A DNA stretch of 64,000 bases from Octopus sinensis (lineage: Eukaryota), in assembly GCF_006345805.1 (NCBI RefSeq), contig NC_042999.1:140058001-140122000 (forward strand), written 5' to 3'. Below are positions 40,760-52,730 of this stretch, in pieces. Below the pieces are notes generated by a model. It ran no database searches and was not told where the DNA came from. It saw nothing but the letters and a program-made list of their open reading frames with translations. A program made the translations under genes and the position numbers. Each line of letters starts with the position of its first letter. Position 1 is the first letter of the stretch.

Positions 40760-41055
40760 TGTTTACTTGTTTCAGTCATTAGATTGCACTGTGCTTGGGC
40801 CCCACCTTGAAGAATTTTTAGTTGAATGAACCAATCCCAGTACATTTTTTTTAAAAACTTGGTTCTTATTCTATTGGTCTCTTTTGCTTAAGTTTAAGTT
40901 ACAGGGACATAAACACATCTACACCAGTTGTCAAGCAGTGGTGGGGGACAATAACAGATACAAGCACATGCACATACACACACACACACACGACAAGCTT
41001 CTTTTAGTTTCCATCTACCAAATCCACTCACAAGGATTTGGTCAGTCTGAAGCTA
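40760..41055 (-). mobile_element. Partial copy of the abundant tRNA-derived SINE (head missing)
   Basis: tacttgtttcagtcatt...aaatccactcacaagg matches the family. Confidence 0.8.
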
Positions 41056-41418
41056 GGATCTTTTCTATTCTGAAGCCAGTTTTTTCAAATTTTTCCTACT
41101 GAACCAAACAATTTGAAACTTCGTATACTGGTAGAATGTGTCAAAAGTAAACTTAATTGTAAACCAGAATGAAAACGGAATTGTAACTTCTAAGTTTAAC
41201 GTTGTTTAATAATTAGAATTTTAACCAATGATATTCCGTCATTCGGCTTTATTTTATTTACTCCGTCTCGACCACCAATTTCGTGACGTATTAAACATCT
41301 TAAATGTAAACAAGTCAGCCACCTTCTAATAACAATATTTAAAACTAGTTAATAAGCCACATGTATTAAATTGAAAATGTTTCCATTCTGTATGTCTGCA
41401 TGTATGTATGTGTAAGTA

Positions 41419-41450
<32 letters not shown>

Positions 41451-42399
41451 GATCAAAACAGTTTGATTCAAATTCTGTGGTACTTATATATTCATACATA
41501 CATATAGATGTATATAACATATATATATATTGTATGTAAACATCTTTTATAAATATATATAATTCATGCATCTATAATACACACACATTATAAATATATA
41601 CACATATATGCATATGCATTAGAATATGTGTGTATAGGTGTATATATATATATGCATATGTTTGTATACATGTGTGTGTGTATAAAAATAAATATAAGCA
41701 CTCAGGATCTACGCAAATTTTATATATACTCCACGAAGTTCAAAAGGTAAAAATCCGGTATTTTAAATTTTTGTTGCATTTCTAATCTTTCTGATGTCTA
41801 AGGATGGATATTTATGCGTATGAATCTTTTTCTTTTTATTTTGTTTCAAATATAATTCTAGGGAACTGAAAAACTGTGTACGTTACGATAAAGCAATTTG
41901 TCAAAATGTAAACAATTGCTTTCCACGTTACAGATAAGACTACGCAGATAATAAGTTCACATAAATACAGACATTACGATTGGCTAAAATTCACAGTTTT
42001 AATCTACGATTAAAGTCATAAAATAGATTTTTCTCAAATAAACTAGTTCCAACTGGCGAATAAACTAGTTCCACTCTATGAGTACACGAAGTTTCAAATT
42101 ATTTAGTTAACTAGAAAGATCTGGGGTCCTGGCTTCAGAATAGAAAAGATCCAGCCAATCTTCTTACCACACAATCACACCCGTGCCTATACTCGCCGGG
42201 CGAAATGCTTTGTGGTATTTCGTCTGTCGTTACGTTCTGAGTTCAAATTCCGCCGAGGTCGACTTTGCCTTTCATCCTTCCGGGGTCGATAAATAAAAGT
42301 ACCAGTTTCGCACTGGGGTCGATGTAATCGGCTTAATCCGTTTGTCTATCCTTGTTTGTCCCCTCTATGTTTAGCCCCTTGTGGGTAATAGAGAAATAT

Positions 42400-42809
42400 A
42401 TACTCTTTTACTTGTTTCAGTCATTTGACTGCAGCCATGCTGGAGCACCGCCTTTAGTCAAGCAACTCGACCCCAGGACTTATTCTTTGTAAGGCTAGTA
42501 CTTATTCTAGTGGTCTCTTTTGCTGAACCGCTAAGTCATGGGGACGTAAACACACCAGCATCAGTTGTCAAGTGATGTTGTGGGGACAAACACAGACACA
42601 CAAACTCACACACACACACACAAACATATATATATATACATATATACGACAGGCTTCTTTAAAGTTTCCGTCTACCAAATCCACTCGCAAGGCTTTGGTT
42701 GGCCTGAGGCTATAGTAGAAGACACTTGCCCAAGGTGCCACGCAGTGGGACTGAACCCAGAACCATGTGGTTGGTAAGCAAGCTACTTACCACACAGCCA
42801 CTCCTGCGC
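42400..42809 (-). mobile_element. Full-length tRNA-derived SINE (abundant family), preceded by a fragment of the second SINE family at about 42190-42350
   Basis: Aligns to the 59439-59845 copy. I counted 9 CpGs. Confidence 0.92.
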
Positions 42810-44250
42810 TGATCATAACTTTTAGGGCTATTAATTCACATTTAGAGATGAAACTCTTTTTAATGCTTATTCTACATTTCACTCAACTGTCCTCCAATCA
42901 TCACCAGTTTAATATTCTTGGATAAGTAAATAGCACCAGATTGGATTTGAACTATTAAACTTTTATTTCTAATCTGATGAGAGTGATGCCATTATCCACT
43001 GTGCTACTGATAAACTCAACCTGTACTATATACATCCAAGAATGAGACGCATTATGACTATACCAGATCAAACCAATAGAAATATAGTGTAGATGTAAAT
43101 AGCAAAAAATGTTTCAGCTCTAAAAATGAGGTTAATAGTCGGGAAATTGTCTTTGTTTTCAACTGACAATTGACTGGGTAGATTCTAGTTTATTATGACA
43201 TTTGGTCTTGTGACCAGGCAAAAGAAATCAATAATTATTCTGAATATTGGTAAAAAGGCCAAGATTATTAGATGAAGTTGGAATGAGAAGTTACATTTAT
43301 GTTCATATTTTCACTAATGATGATATTAGTAATTTGAATTACAAGAAATTATTTCAACTGATATTCTAAAGAGAGCTCTGCAGATTTAATAAAGCTATTT
43401 CTAGCATTGGCATGTAGCCTGGAATTTTCAGGGAAAGTGACATCAGGAAAATGCTGTGACATTCAATAATATTAACAGGAGTTTATGTGAAAAGATCAAA
43501 ATAAAAGAAACAGAAAGAAAAACCCATTAATCACCTCAGTTCTATTATTCTTTTGTAAATTTTCAAAATCAAGGTTTTTCAAATCTTAATTCAAATCAAC
43601 AAGATTTGAATTCTGAACATACAAGACCATAACTAAATATCACAAGACATTCTGTCCTATGTCCAATCCACAAGTGCCATAACAAATAGCCAAAATAGTT
43701 CTCTACTGTCTGTCTAAGCTGTTGTCAAACTCACTATTGTTTACTGCAGTGCCATAAGTTCTTCAGGACTCACTGCTGGTTAAGTTGTTAAGATAATTTG
43801 ACCTACGTTGTAATGAAATAAGATATAACTTGAGGGTGCATTGCCCAGTAAATAAAGAAAAGTTAGAATAAGAAAAAAAAAAAAAATTCTATCATCGCTT
43901 TACTATAATTTGTTCATTCAATGCTACCATAGTTTAAAACTGTGCTTGTCGCACATTTCAGTGACACATTACTTGAAGAAATGAATTTCTTCAATGAGTA
44001 AGAGCAATAATTGTATGTCAGTTTTAATGACTAAGCTAGACTATGGGCACTTAGTAGCAAACAACAGCGTAACATAAATAAAAATAAACAGATCATTGTT
44101 CATTTGCAGGTTCTTATTTTAGGTGACAATTTTGTTCAGGCACTATTATTCTATAATATCTAAAACAGCTAACCTCACCAATTTTCTGCTGTTTTCTTTT
44201 AATGTAATCCTATGGAAAATGTCTCTTGTTTTTTGGATTTTCATGTCTAG

Positions 44251-44291
44251 ATAATATTTATTTACTGGATTATGTTGAACTCTTGCAAGGT
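44251..44291 (+). CDS. Candidate 41-nt exon (DNIYLLDYVELLQG, phase 1-0)
   Basis: Acceptor ttttcatgtctag and donor GT|gtgagt. Joins the 49409-49444 exon in frame. Confidence 0.3.
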
Positions 44292-44644
44292 GTGAGTATA
44301 CAGTTTTATGTCTTATTGGTCTTTCATTAAATAGATGCTATTGTGTAATGTTGACTGTTTTCCATTCCTTTACTTATACCTAAACCATATCTTTATATAA
44401 ACTATTAGTTTATTAGGTCTTGAAATATGTATCTATTTAGCACTTCATTGCATACATACCATGAAAAAACTCTGATGTTGTACATAATGTTTTGTTTGTT
44501 GTAAGTGTATTTAGGTTATGGTGATGATGCCTAGAAAGTAGGGAATTGCTTTAAAAATCTTAGTGACATAACATTAAGTTTGGGACCTCACATTGTTTTG
44601 TGGCTGACCTTATATTTGTGCAATTCTCTTACTCCAGGATTGCT

Positions 44645-44646
<2 letters not shown>

Positions 44647-44716
<70 letters not shown>
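44647..44716. repeat. (GT)n(GA)n microsatellite
   Basis: Seen directly. Confidence 0.95.
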
Positions 44717-44718
<2 letters not shown>

Positions 44719-45310
44719 TCTTAAACTAGTAACTTCATGTTTTTATATTTGTGTCTACCCTTGAATCATTTTAAAATATTTCATCTTGAAATGTAGAAAA
44801 TTTTTTTAATATCTTTACTGTTTGTCTGGTGTGGTAAAGCAGTGCATATGGTAGGGATAATTAAGTGATACCCAGCTTGAATTGACCCTTAACTTGTTTG
44901 CTCATCACTGTTGTATTACAACAGTTTCTTTCTTCTTTTCAGTAATATGAGTACATTACATTGCAATTATGTACTCATATACCAGTCCATAAACAGAGGA
45001 ACAATATGTGCTAAATCTAAAAAAAAAAAAAAAGATATGATACTCTTATCTATCCATACATGTGAACACTGTATAAATAGAAAAATAATGGACTCTATTC
45101 CATAAACCTGCTCACACTTCTCACAGACTTTAAATTTTTCATATATATATATATATATATATACCAATTAAGGACTGAACACGAAAAGTGGACAGTCAAC
45201 ATGCTAGATATAGACGTCAAATCGCCATTCACCACAAAATATTATGTTCTCAGATCAAACTCAACACAAAACCATAGCAATAAACAAGTGAAAAATATAC
45301 GAAATAAAAT

Positions 45311-45399
45311 AATTACCCATGTACTAAATTAGTTTCAGCTGTTATTTTCCGCAAGGAAAACTGCAGCCATCATCAGCATGGTCCGTTATAAATGTAATT
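45311..45399 (-). ncRNA. Type I hammerhead ribozyme, unit 1
   Basis: Reverse complement of the structure described for 48464-48552. Predicted cleavage between 45322 and 45321. Confidence 0.8.
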
Positions 45400-45815
45400 T
45401 GCTGGACTAGATGCAAACACGATACCGAAATATCGCGTGCATGGAGTTCAGCCTATTACATTTGAATATACCTTTCAAATGCCTTTACTTTGGCGCGTTG
45501 AAACCCGAGAAAACCAGCCTGCAGCTAATAATTAGCAGCAGTTAATTTATCGGTTAGAGAACATATTTATTTATATAAAATAATTAAGGGTAGAAATTGA
45601 TATTTATCAATTAAGACCAGTGGTCTAGCATATTAAAAAAGAATCCGAAGATTAAAATATTTATATATACCAATTAAGGACTGAACACGAAAAGTGGACA
45701 GTCAACATGCTAGATATAGACGTCAAATCGCCATTCACCACAAAAGATTATGTTCTCAGATCAAACTCACACAAAACCATAGCAATAAACAAGTGAAAAA
45801 TATACGAAATAAAAT

Positions 45816-45903
45816 AATTACCCATGTACTAAATTAGTTTCAGCTGTTATTTTCCGCAAGGAAAACTGCAGCCATCATCAGCATGGTCCGTTATAATGTA
45901 ATT
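45816..45903 (-). ncRNA. Type I hammerhead ribozyme, unit 2
   Basis: Same core, with a 1-nt deletion only in the stem I bulge. Confidence 0.78.
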
Positions 45904-46320
45904 TGCTGGACTAGATGCAAACACGATACCAAAATATCGCGTGCATGGAGTTCAGCCTATTACATTTGAATATACCTTTCAAATGCCTTACTTTGGCGCG
46001 TTGAAACCCGAGAAAACCAGCCTGCAGCTAATAATTAGCAGCAGTTAATTTATCGGTTAGAGAACATATTTATTTATATAAAATTAATTAAGGGTAGAAA
46101 TTGATATTTATCAATTAAGACCAGTGGTCTAGCATATTAAAAAAGAATCCGAAGATTAAAATATTTATATATACCAATTAAGGACTGAACACGAAAAGTG
46201 GACAGTCAACATGCTAGATATAGACGTCAAATCGCCATTCACCACAAAAGATTATGTTCTCAGATCAAACTCAACACAAAACCATAGCAATAAACAAGTG
46301 AAAAATATACGAAATAAAAT

Positions 46321-46409
46321 AATTACCCATGTACTAAATTAGTTTCAGCTGTTATTTTCCGCAAGGAAAACTGCAGCCATCATCAGCATGGTCCGTTATA
46401 AATGTAATT
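46321..46409 (-). ncRNA. Type I hammerhead ribozyme, unit 3
   Basis: Identical core and stems. Confidence 0.8.
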
Positions 46410-46827
46410 TGCTGGACTAGATGCAAACACGATATCGAAATATCGCGTGCATGGAGTTCAGCCTATTACATTTGAATATACCTTTCAAATGCCTTTACTT
46501 TGGCGCGTTGAAACCCGAGAAAACCAGCCTGCAGCTAATAATTAGCAGCAGTTAATTTATCGGTTAGAGAACATATTTATTTATATAAAATTAATTAAGG
46601 GTAGAAATTGATATTTATCAATTAAGACCAGTGGTCTAGCATATTAAAAAAGAATCCGAAGATTAAAATATTTATATATACCAATTAAGGACTGAACACG
46701 AAAAGTGGACAGTCAACATGCTAGATATAGACGTCAAATCGCCATTCACCACAAAAGATTATGTTCTCAGATCAAACTCAACACAAAACCATAGCAATAA
46801 ACAAGTGAAAAATATACGAAATAAAAT

Positions 46828-46916
46828 AATTACCCATGTACTAAATTAGTTTCAGCTGTTATTTTCCGCAAGGAAAACTGCAGCCATCATCAGCATGGTC
46901 CGTTATAAATGTAATT
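46828..46916 (-). ncRNA. Type I hammerhead ribozyme, unit 4
   Basis: Identical core and stems. Confidence 0.8.
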
Positions 46917-47333
46917 TGCTGGACTAGATGCAAACACGATACCGAAATATCGTGTGCATGGAGTTCAGCCTATTACATTTGAATATACCTTTCAAATGCC
47001 TTTACTTTGGCGCGTTGAACCCGAGAAAACCAGCCTGCAGCTAATAATTAGCAGCAGTTAATTTATCGGTTAGAGAACATATTTATTTATATAAAATTAA
47101 TTAAGGGTAGAAATTGATATTTATCAATTAAGACCAGTGGTCTAGCATATTAAAAAAGAATCCGAAGATTAAAATATTTATATATACCAATTAAGGACTG
47201 AACACGAAAAGTGGACAGTCAACATGCTAGATATAGACGTCAAATCGCCATTCACCACAAAAGATTATGTTCTCAGATCAAACTCAACACAAAACCATAG
47301 CAATAAACAAGTGAAAAATATACGAAATAAAAT

Positions 47334-47422
47334 AATTACCCATGTACTAAATTAGTTTCAGCTGTTATTTTCCGCAAGGAAAACTGCAGCCATCATCAGC
47401 ATGGTCCGTTATAAATGTAATT
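47334..47422 (-). ncRNA. Type I hammerhead ribozyme, unit 5
   Basis: Identical core and stems. Confidence 0.8.
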
Positions 47423-47840
47423 TGCTGGACTAGATGCAAACACGATATCGAAATATCGCGTGCATGGAGTTCAGCCTATTACATTTGAATATACCTTTCA
47501 AATGCCTTTACTTTGGCGCGTTGAAACCCGAGAAAACCAGCCTGCAGCTAATAATTAGCAGCAGTTAATTTATCGGTTAGAGAACATATTTATTTATATA
47601 AAATTAATTAAGGGTAGAAATTGATATTTATCAATTAAGACCAGTGGTCTAGCATATTAAAAAAGAATCCGAAGATTAAAATATTTATATATACCAATTA
47701 AGGACTGAACACGAAAAGTGGACAGTCAACATGCTAGATATAGACGTCAAATCGCCATTCACCACAAAAGATTATGTTCTCAGATCAAACTCAACACAAA
47801 ACCATAGCAATAAACAAGTGAAAAATATACGAAATAAAAT

Positions 47841-47929
47841 AATTACCCATGTACTAAATTAGTTTCAGCTGTTATTTTCCGCAAGGAAAACTGCAGCCAT
47901 CATCAGCATGGTCCGTTATAAATGTAATT
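47841..47929 (-). ncRNA. Type I hammerhead ribozyme, unit 6
   Basis: Identical core and stems. Confidence 0.8.
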
Positions 47930-48463
47930 TGCTGGACTAGATGCAAACACGATATCGAAATATCGCGTGCATGGAGTTCAGCCTATTACATTTGAATATA
48001 CCTTTCAAATGCCTTTACTTTGGCGCGTTGAAACCCGAGAAAACCAGCCTGCAGCTAATAATTAGCAGCAGTTAATTTATCGGTTAGAGAACATATTTAT
48101 TTATATAAAATTAATTAGGGTAGAAATTGATATTTATCAATTAAGACCAGTGGTCTAGCATATTAAAAAAGAATCCGAAGATTAAAATATTTATATATAC
48201 CAATTAAGGATTCTTCGGATTCTTTTTTAATATGCTAGACCACTGGTCTTAATTGATAAATATCAATTCTACCCTTAATTAATTTTATATAAATAAATAT
48301 GTTCTCTAACCGATAAATTAACTGCTGCTAATTATTAGCTGCAGGCTGGTTTTCTCGGGTTTCAACGCGCCAAAGTAAAGGCATTTGAAAGGTATATTCA
48401 AATGTAATAGGCTGAACTCCATGCACACGATATTTCGGTATCGTGTTTGCATCTAGTCCAGCA

Positions 48464-48552
48464 AATTACATTTATAACGGACCATGCTGATGATGGCTGC
48501 AGTTTTCCTTGCGGAAAATAACAGCTGAAACTAATTTAGTACATGGGTAATT
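48464..48552 (+). ncRNA. Type I hammerhead ribozyme, inverted copy
   Basis: AATTAC-atttataacgga-CCATG (stem I 5' strand with bulge), CTGATGA (48487-48493), an extra T, stem II GGCTG-ca-GTTTTCC-ttgc-GGAAAAT-aa-CAGCT, GAAA (48527-48530), stem III CTA-att-TAG, GTA cleavage triplet ending at 48541, then CATGG-GTAATT (stem I 3' strand). Confidence 0.82.
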
Positions 48553-48784
48553 ATTTTATTTCGTATATTTTTCACTTGTTTATTGCTATGGTTTTGTGTT
48601 GAGTTTGATCTGAGAACATAATCTTTTGTGGTGAATGGCGATTTGACGTCTATATCTAGCATGTTGACTGTCCACTTTTCGTGTTCAGTCCTTAATTGGT
48701 ATATATAAATATTTTAATCTTCGGATTCTTTTTTAATATGCTAGACCACTGGTCTTAATTGATAAATATCAATTTCTACCCTTA

Positions 48785-48819
<35 letters not shown>

Positions 48820-49408
48820 TACACTTTCAGGCAAAGTACTGAGATCCATATAACTGTCTGTACTCTTTCCCTAAAAAACTTGTTATGAATCTATTACTGT
48901 GTCTGTGTGCATGTGAGTACACACAGGATTGGTTGAATTACTGTTAGTGAGAGAGAGAGAGAAACAGATAGTCAAATTAAGAGAACAAAAAGAGAGAAAT
49001 AGAGATAAGAAAGAAGAGTAGCGTGACAAAAGAAGGCAAGGATAAAGAAATTAGGAGAGAGAATAAACAAATTTTCTCACATAAAAAATTACATATATCA
49101 TCATTATTTAACATCCAGGTTCTGTGCTGACATGGGTTGGACACCACAAATTAAATCTATCAAATACCACACACACACACTGTGTTTGTGTTAACGGAAG
49201 TCTGTGTGCATAGAGTGGGGTACATGCATGTTCAAAATGAAGTTCATAAATCTTTTTTGATGGAAGTTAATTAATTTGTGACATTTATTCACTGACTCTT
49301 TATTCCCCCCACTCTTCTGAAAAATACTGGCTCGATACACACACAAACAGTAATTGAATTGGGATATATGTAATCCAGGCGTTTGCTTCAGCATGATGCT
49401 TCTTGCAG

Positions 49409-49444
49409 CCTTCTGATGAATTATTTCCACCATGTGCTGTGAAG
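49409..49444 (+). CDS. Candidate 36-nt exon (PSDELFPPCAVK, phase 0-0)
   Basis: Acceptor gatgcttcttgcag and donor AAG|gtaaac. Confidence 0.35.
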
Positions 49445-50633
49445 GTAAACTTGCACAGTGTGTGGGAATAAATCAATAATTGCTGACCTGGTAACATGAC
49501 ACAAGACTGGTTATAATGGAAATTGATGAAACAAATGTAAACAAAGCTATAAACATTATTTGCTAACTCCGTTCTTTGATGCCTTTTATTATATTATAAT
49601 GTAAAATATATCGCGATTACAATGTAAAATATATATTTATTATAAATTGAATTAAAAATTATGTTTACATGCAGACTAACATACAAATTTATAGATGTGT
49701 GTATAGCTGCTTATTTAAAATCACAAATTGATATAGTAACTCTCCAAAGACACTTAGAAGATCTAGGTTTTCTGAAGTTTTCATCTGAGAATATTCATAA
49801 CATACTAATAGGTGTAGGTTCCCAGTTCAATCCCACTGCATGGCACATTGAACAAGTGTCTTCTAATTTAGCCCTGGGATGACCGAAATCTTGTGAATGG
49901 ATTTGATAGACAGTAACTGAAGAAGTGTGTGTGTGTTTCTCCTTGTCTTAACAGCATGTGATTGTTCTAAACAAACATCACTGACAGACAAGTAGTGTCC
50001 TTTATTTCCAATCTTCTGTGAAAATATGTTCAACCATGGGTAAAAATTACCTGACTTGGAAACAGGTGATTGTTGGTGACAGGAAGCGTATTCAGTTGTA
50101 CAAAGTCTGCTTCAGTGAACTCCACCCAACCCATGCAGGCATGGAAAAATAGATGTTAAAATGATGATGAGTACTGGGAGCATAGATTTTTTTCTTTCAC
50201 TGTCCCATAGTGTTCTTTGACAAACATGGCAAACTCAATTGGATTACATGCTGCTGTTTTACTAGCATGCATTTGTTGGAATTATTGGTGTGTGTGTCCT
50301 TGTTTCCGTGCATATATGCATGCATGTTTTTGCAGGTGGTAAGCTCTTGCTTCTCATTTGGATGCCTAAAATTTTTGCATATGGGCACATCTTTAAGAAT
50401 TAGGCCATGGATTTTTACTGATACTATCCATAAATCTGGCTGACATTGGGTACTGCTCTTAGCCAATATATTTTATGCTTCTATTAATAAACAAAGTATA
50501 TCTTCTATTATCACAAATTCTTTACACAAAAGTAGCACATTCATTATTGCCTAAAAAAAAAAAAATGAGAAAAAAATCAAAGAGCAACATTACATTTTTC
50601 ATTATGAAAGACTGTCTCTACATACATACATTC

Positions 50634-50679
<46 letters not shown>

Positions 50680-52679
50680 TTAAGCACAATGCAACATCAC
50701 TGGAGTTAGTGTTACAATAAAATGCACCCAATACACTCTTTATGAAGTGGTTGGTAAACAATCAGAGATAGTGCAAGATCAAGAAGGCTCTTTAGTCTGA
50801 CCAGAGATATGGCATCTTCTCTAGTGTTGTTGCTATAATAAAATGCTCCCAGTACATTCTGTAAAGTGGTTGATATTAGGAAAGGTATTATCTCTGTAAT
50901 TTTTTTCTTAGTGCCTTTCTTGAAATACACAAAATAACTGGGGATTTTCTTTTTAGCATGAGCTGCAAAACTTGAAATTACAAAAGGAGTATTACAGAAA
51001 GAGAAAGTTATAACAATACTGCCTTTCTCAAATGTATAAATAATGAATCAAAACAAACACTCCTTGACAAAAATTGAAACCTGTTTATTGACACCCAACT
51101 CAATTTAGATCTTTCAATGAATGTAAAATAATATTTTCTAATAGAGAATGGCTTACTGAAATGATGTGAACTAATTTCATTCATATTAAAAACAATGCAT
51201 GAATGATTGTCAGTTTAAAGAAAAATTATTGATTTGTTTTGAACAGATGTATACCTTCTGAGCTGTGAAGTGAAAGGCTTTGATGTTCATGCTTTTTTAA
51301 GGTCCCTTGACTGAAATAAATAAAATTGCTTCACGTGATAATCAAATAGGATCACAATTTTTGCTCATTGGTTATTTACTTCTTGATCTTTTAGACAAGC
51401 TGATTTAGAGAAAAAAATCATCTCTGACAGGCAGATATGATTTGAATGATGGGGAAATTGGAGTGTGATTTTGTTGTTTTCTAAATCATAAGTGAAGTGA
51501 AAGGTTTCAATTTTCTGAGAGCATTCCACTTGCTTTACAGTATTTATCACAAGTAGATAGAAAAAAATTAGTCTTTTATTTAAGCACAAAGCTACAGATT
51601 ACATGAGAGAGGAGTGGTTTTGTGTAAGTGAAATGAAATAACTACAGCTTGGAATAGAAACCTGGTTGCTGACTTGACCTCAAGAAGCTTACCTGTTCAG
51701 GCTTTCTAAGAATAAATACCCTCATGGTAAGAGGAAAGATACAATTGATTAAGTCATAATCAGTTTCTTAATATTTTTCTTCTTTTATCGCATTTTTAAG
51801 GCCGATTGCAAAGTTTGACTCAACCTTCTAGAACTGCAAAATGCCTTAATGAATTCGCATATGATAACCAAGTCAGCTTCTAATTTCCACAGTAGTTTAC
51901 TCTGTCTTAAGCAAAATGACTATTTTGACTAAAAAGAAACTATTTTTGCCAGAGACATTATAATTGATTTAATCAACCATAAAGTATTTATTACTGACCT
52001 TATTTTCTAGCAAATGAGGATGTAAGACAAAAAATATTAAAATTAGGCTAGTTTATAGGTTGTGGTCATTAAACCAAGGCCAGAAGTTTTCTCTTTTAGA
52101 ACACCACATTGACATTTCTAATTTCCTTTGAAACAACATACCACAACTTCTCATATATTCATTCTCTTTAAAATATCTTAGACTTCATGCTGATTTAAAG
52201 TACAGTTCTTAAATACTTCAAATTGCTGAGGGTTAATATAGAACTTACAGAGAGAGTCAACAACATTATTAAGTAGTTAGCCATGATTGCTTTCGGCATT
52301 TGCAGAGGTTAGTAGATTAAATATCTTTTATTTTTAATGGCTAAATTGAAAGACTGGTAGCTAGCAACAAGAAATTAGTATTGAGTCAAAATAACTGCTT
52401 GTGACCTATTGATAAGTTAGTTCTTTAACAGAATATAGTAAAATAACCTTGCCCTATTAAGTTAGTATTTGGAACATAAATTAACATGAAAGCTTGATGC
52501 TAATTTCTGTCCCAGACAGCAGCTTAATATGGTAAAATTATTTCAGTAAATTCATATTTTTCAAAATTAATTTACACAAAGGCGATGTATTTCAACAGAA
52601 ATATGGTGTCAAAAGTGTTAACAGGATTTATTTTTTTAAATATTTTTATAACACACAAGTTTCCTGTTGGTTCCTTCAG

Positions 52680-52730
52680 GTCTACTGAAGACCTTGAACA
52701 CAGCACAACAAGCACTTACTAATTATAGTA
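52680..52730 (+). CDS. Candidate 51-nt exon (GLLKTLNTAQQALTNYS, phase 1-1)
   Basis: Acceptor ttcctgttggttccttcag and donor A|gtaagc. Open frame. Confidence 0.4.

Larger units (their letters stand above)
45164..48793 (-). mobile_element. Hammerhead-containing tandem array (retrozyme-like or PLE-pLTR-like): six direct 504-507 bp units plus an inverted 1.15-unit copy, flanked by (TA)n
   Basis: Unit starts (ccaattaagga) at 45164, 45670, 46174, 46681, 47187, 47694 and 48200. The inverted part spans 48212-48793. (TA)n tracts at 45141-45163 and 48794-48819. Units differ only by a few substitutions and 1-nt homopolymer indels. Confidence 0.9.

Noticed and set aside
42565-42777. Recurrent small ORFs containing VYQIHSQGFG (also at 7955, 30495, 40884 and 59623)
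   Set aside because: They are the antisense frame of the abundant SINE, not a gene family.
45164-48793. CRISPR array or simple satellite interpretation of the tandem array
   Set aside because: The units are about 507 bp and near-identical with no unique spacers, in eukaryotic DNA without cas genes. A plain satellite label does not explain the conserved ribozyme fold.
51365-51589. 74-aa minus-strand ORF (and the similar 21210-21392 and 55648-55863 ORFs)
   Set aside because: No recognisable motif and weak or phase-incompatible splice sites. ORFs of this length are expected by chance in 64 kb.
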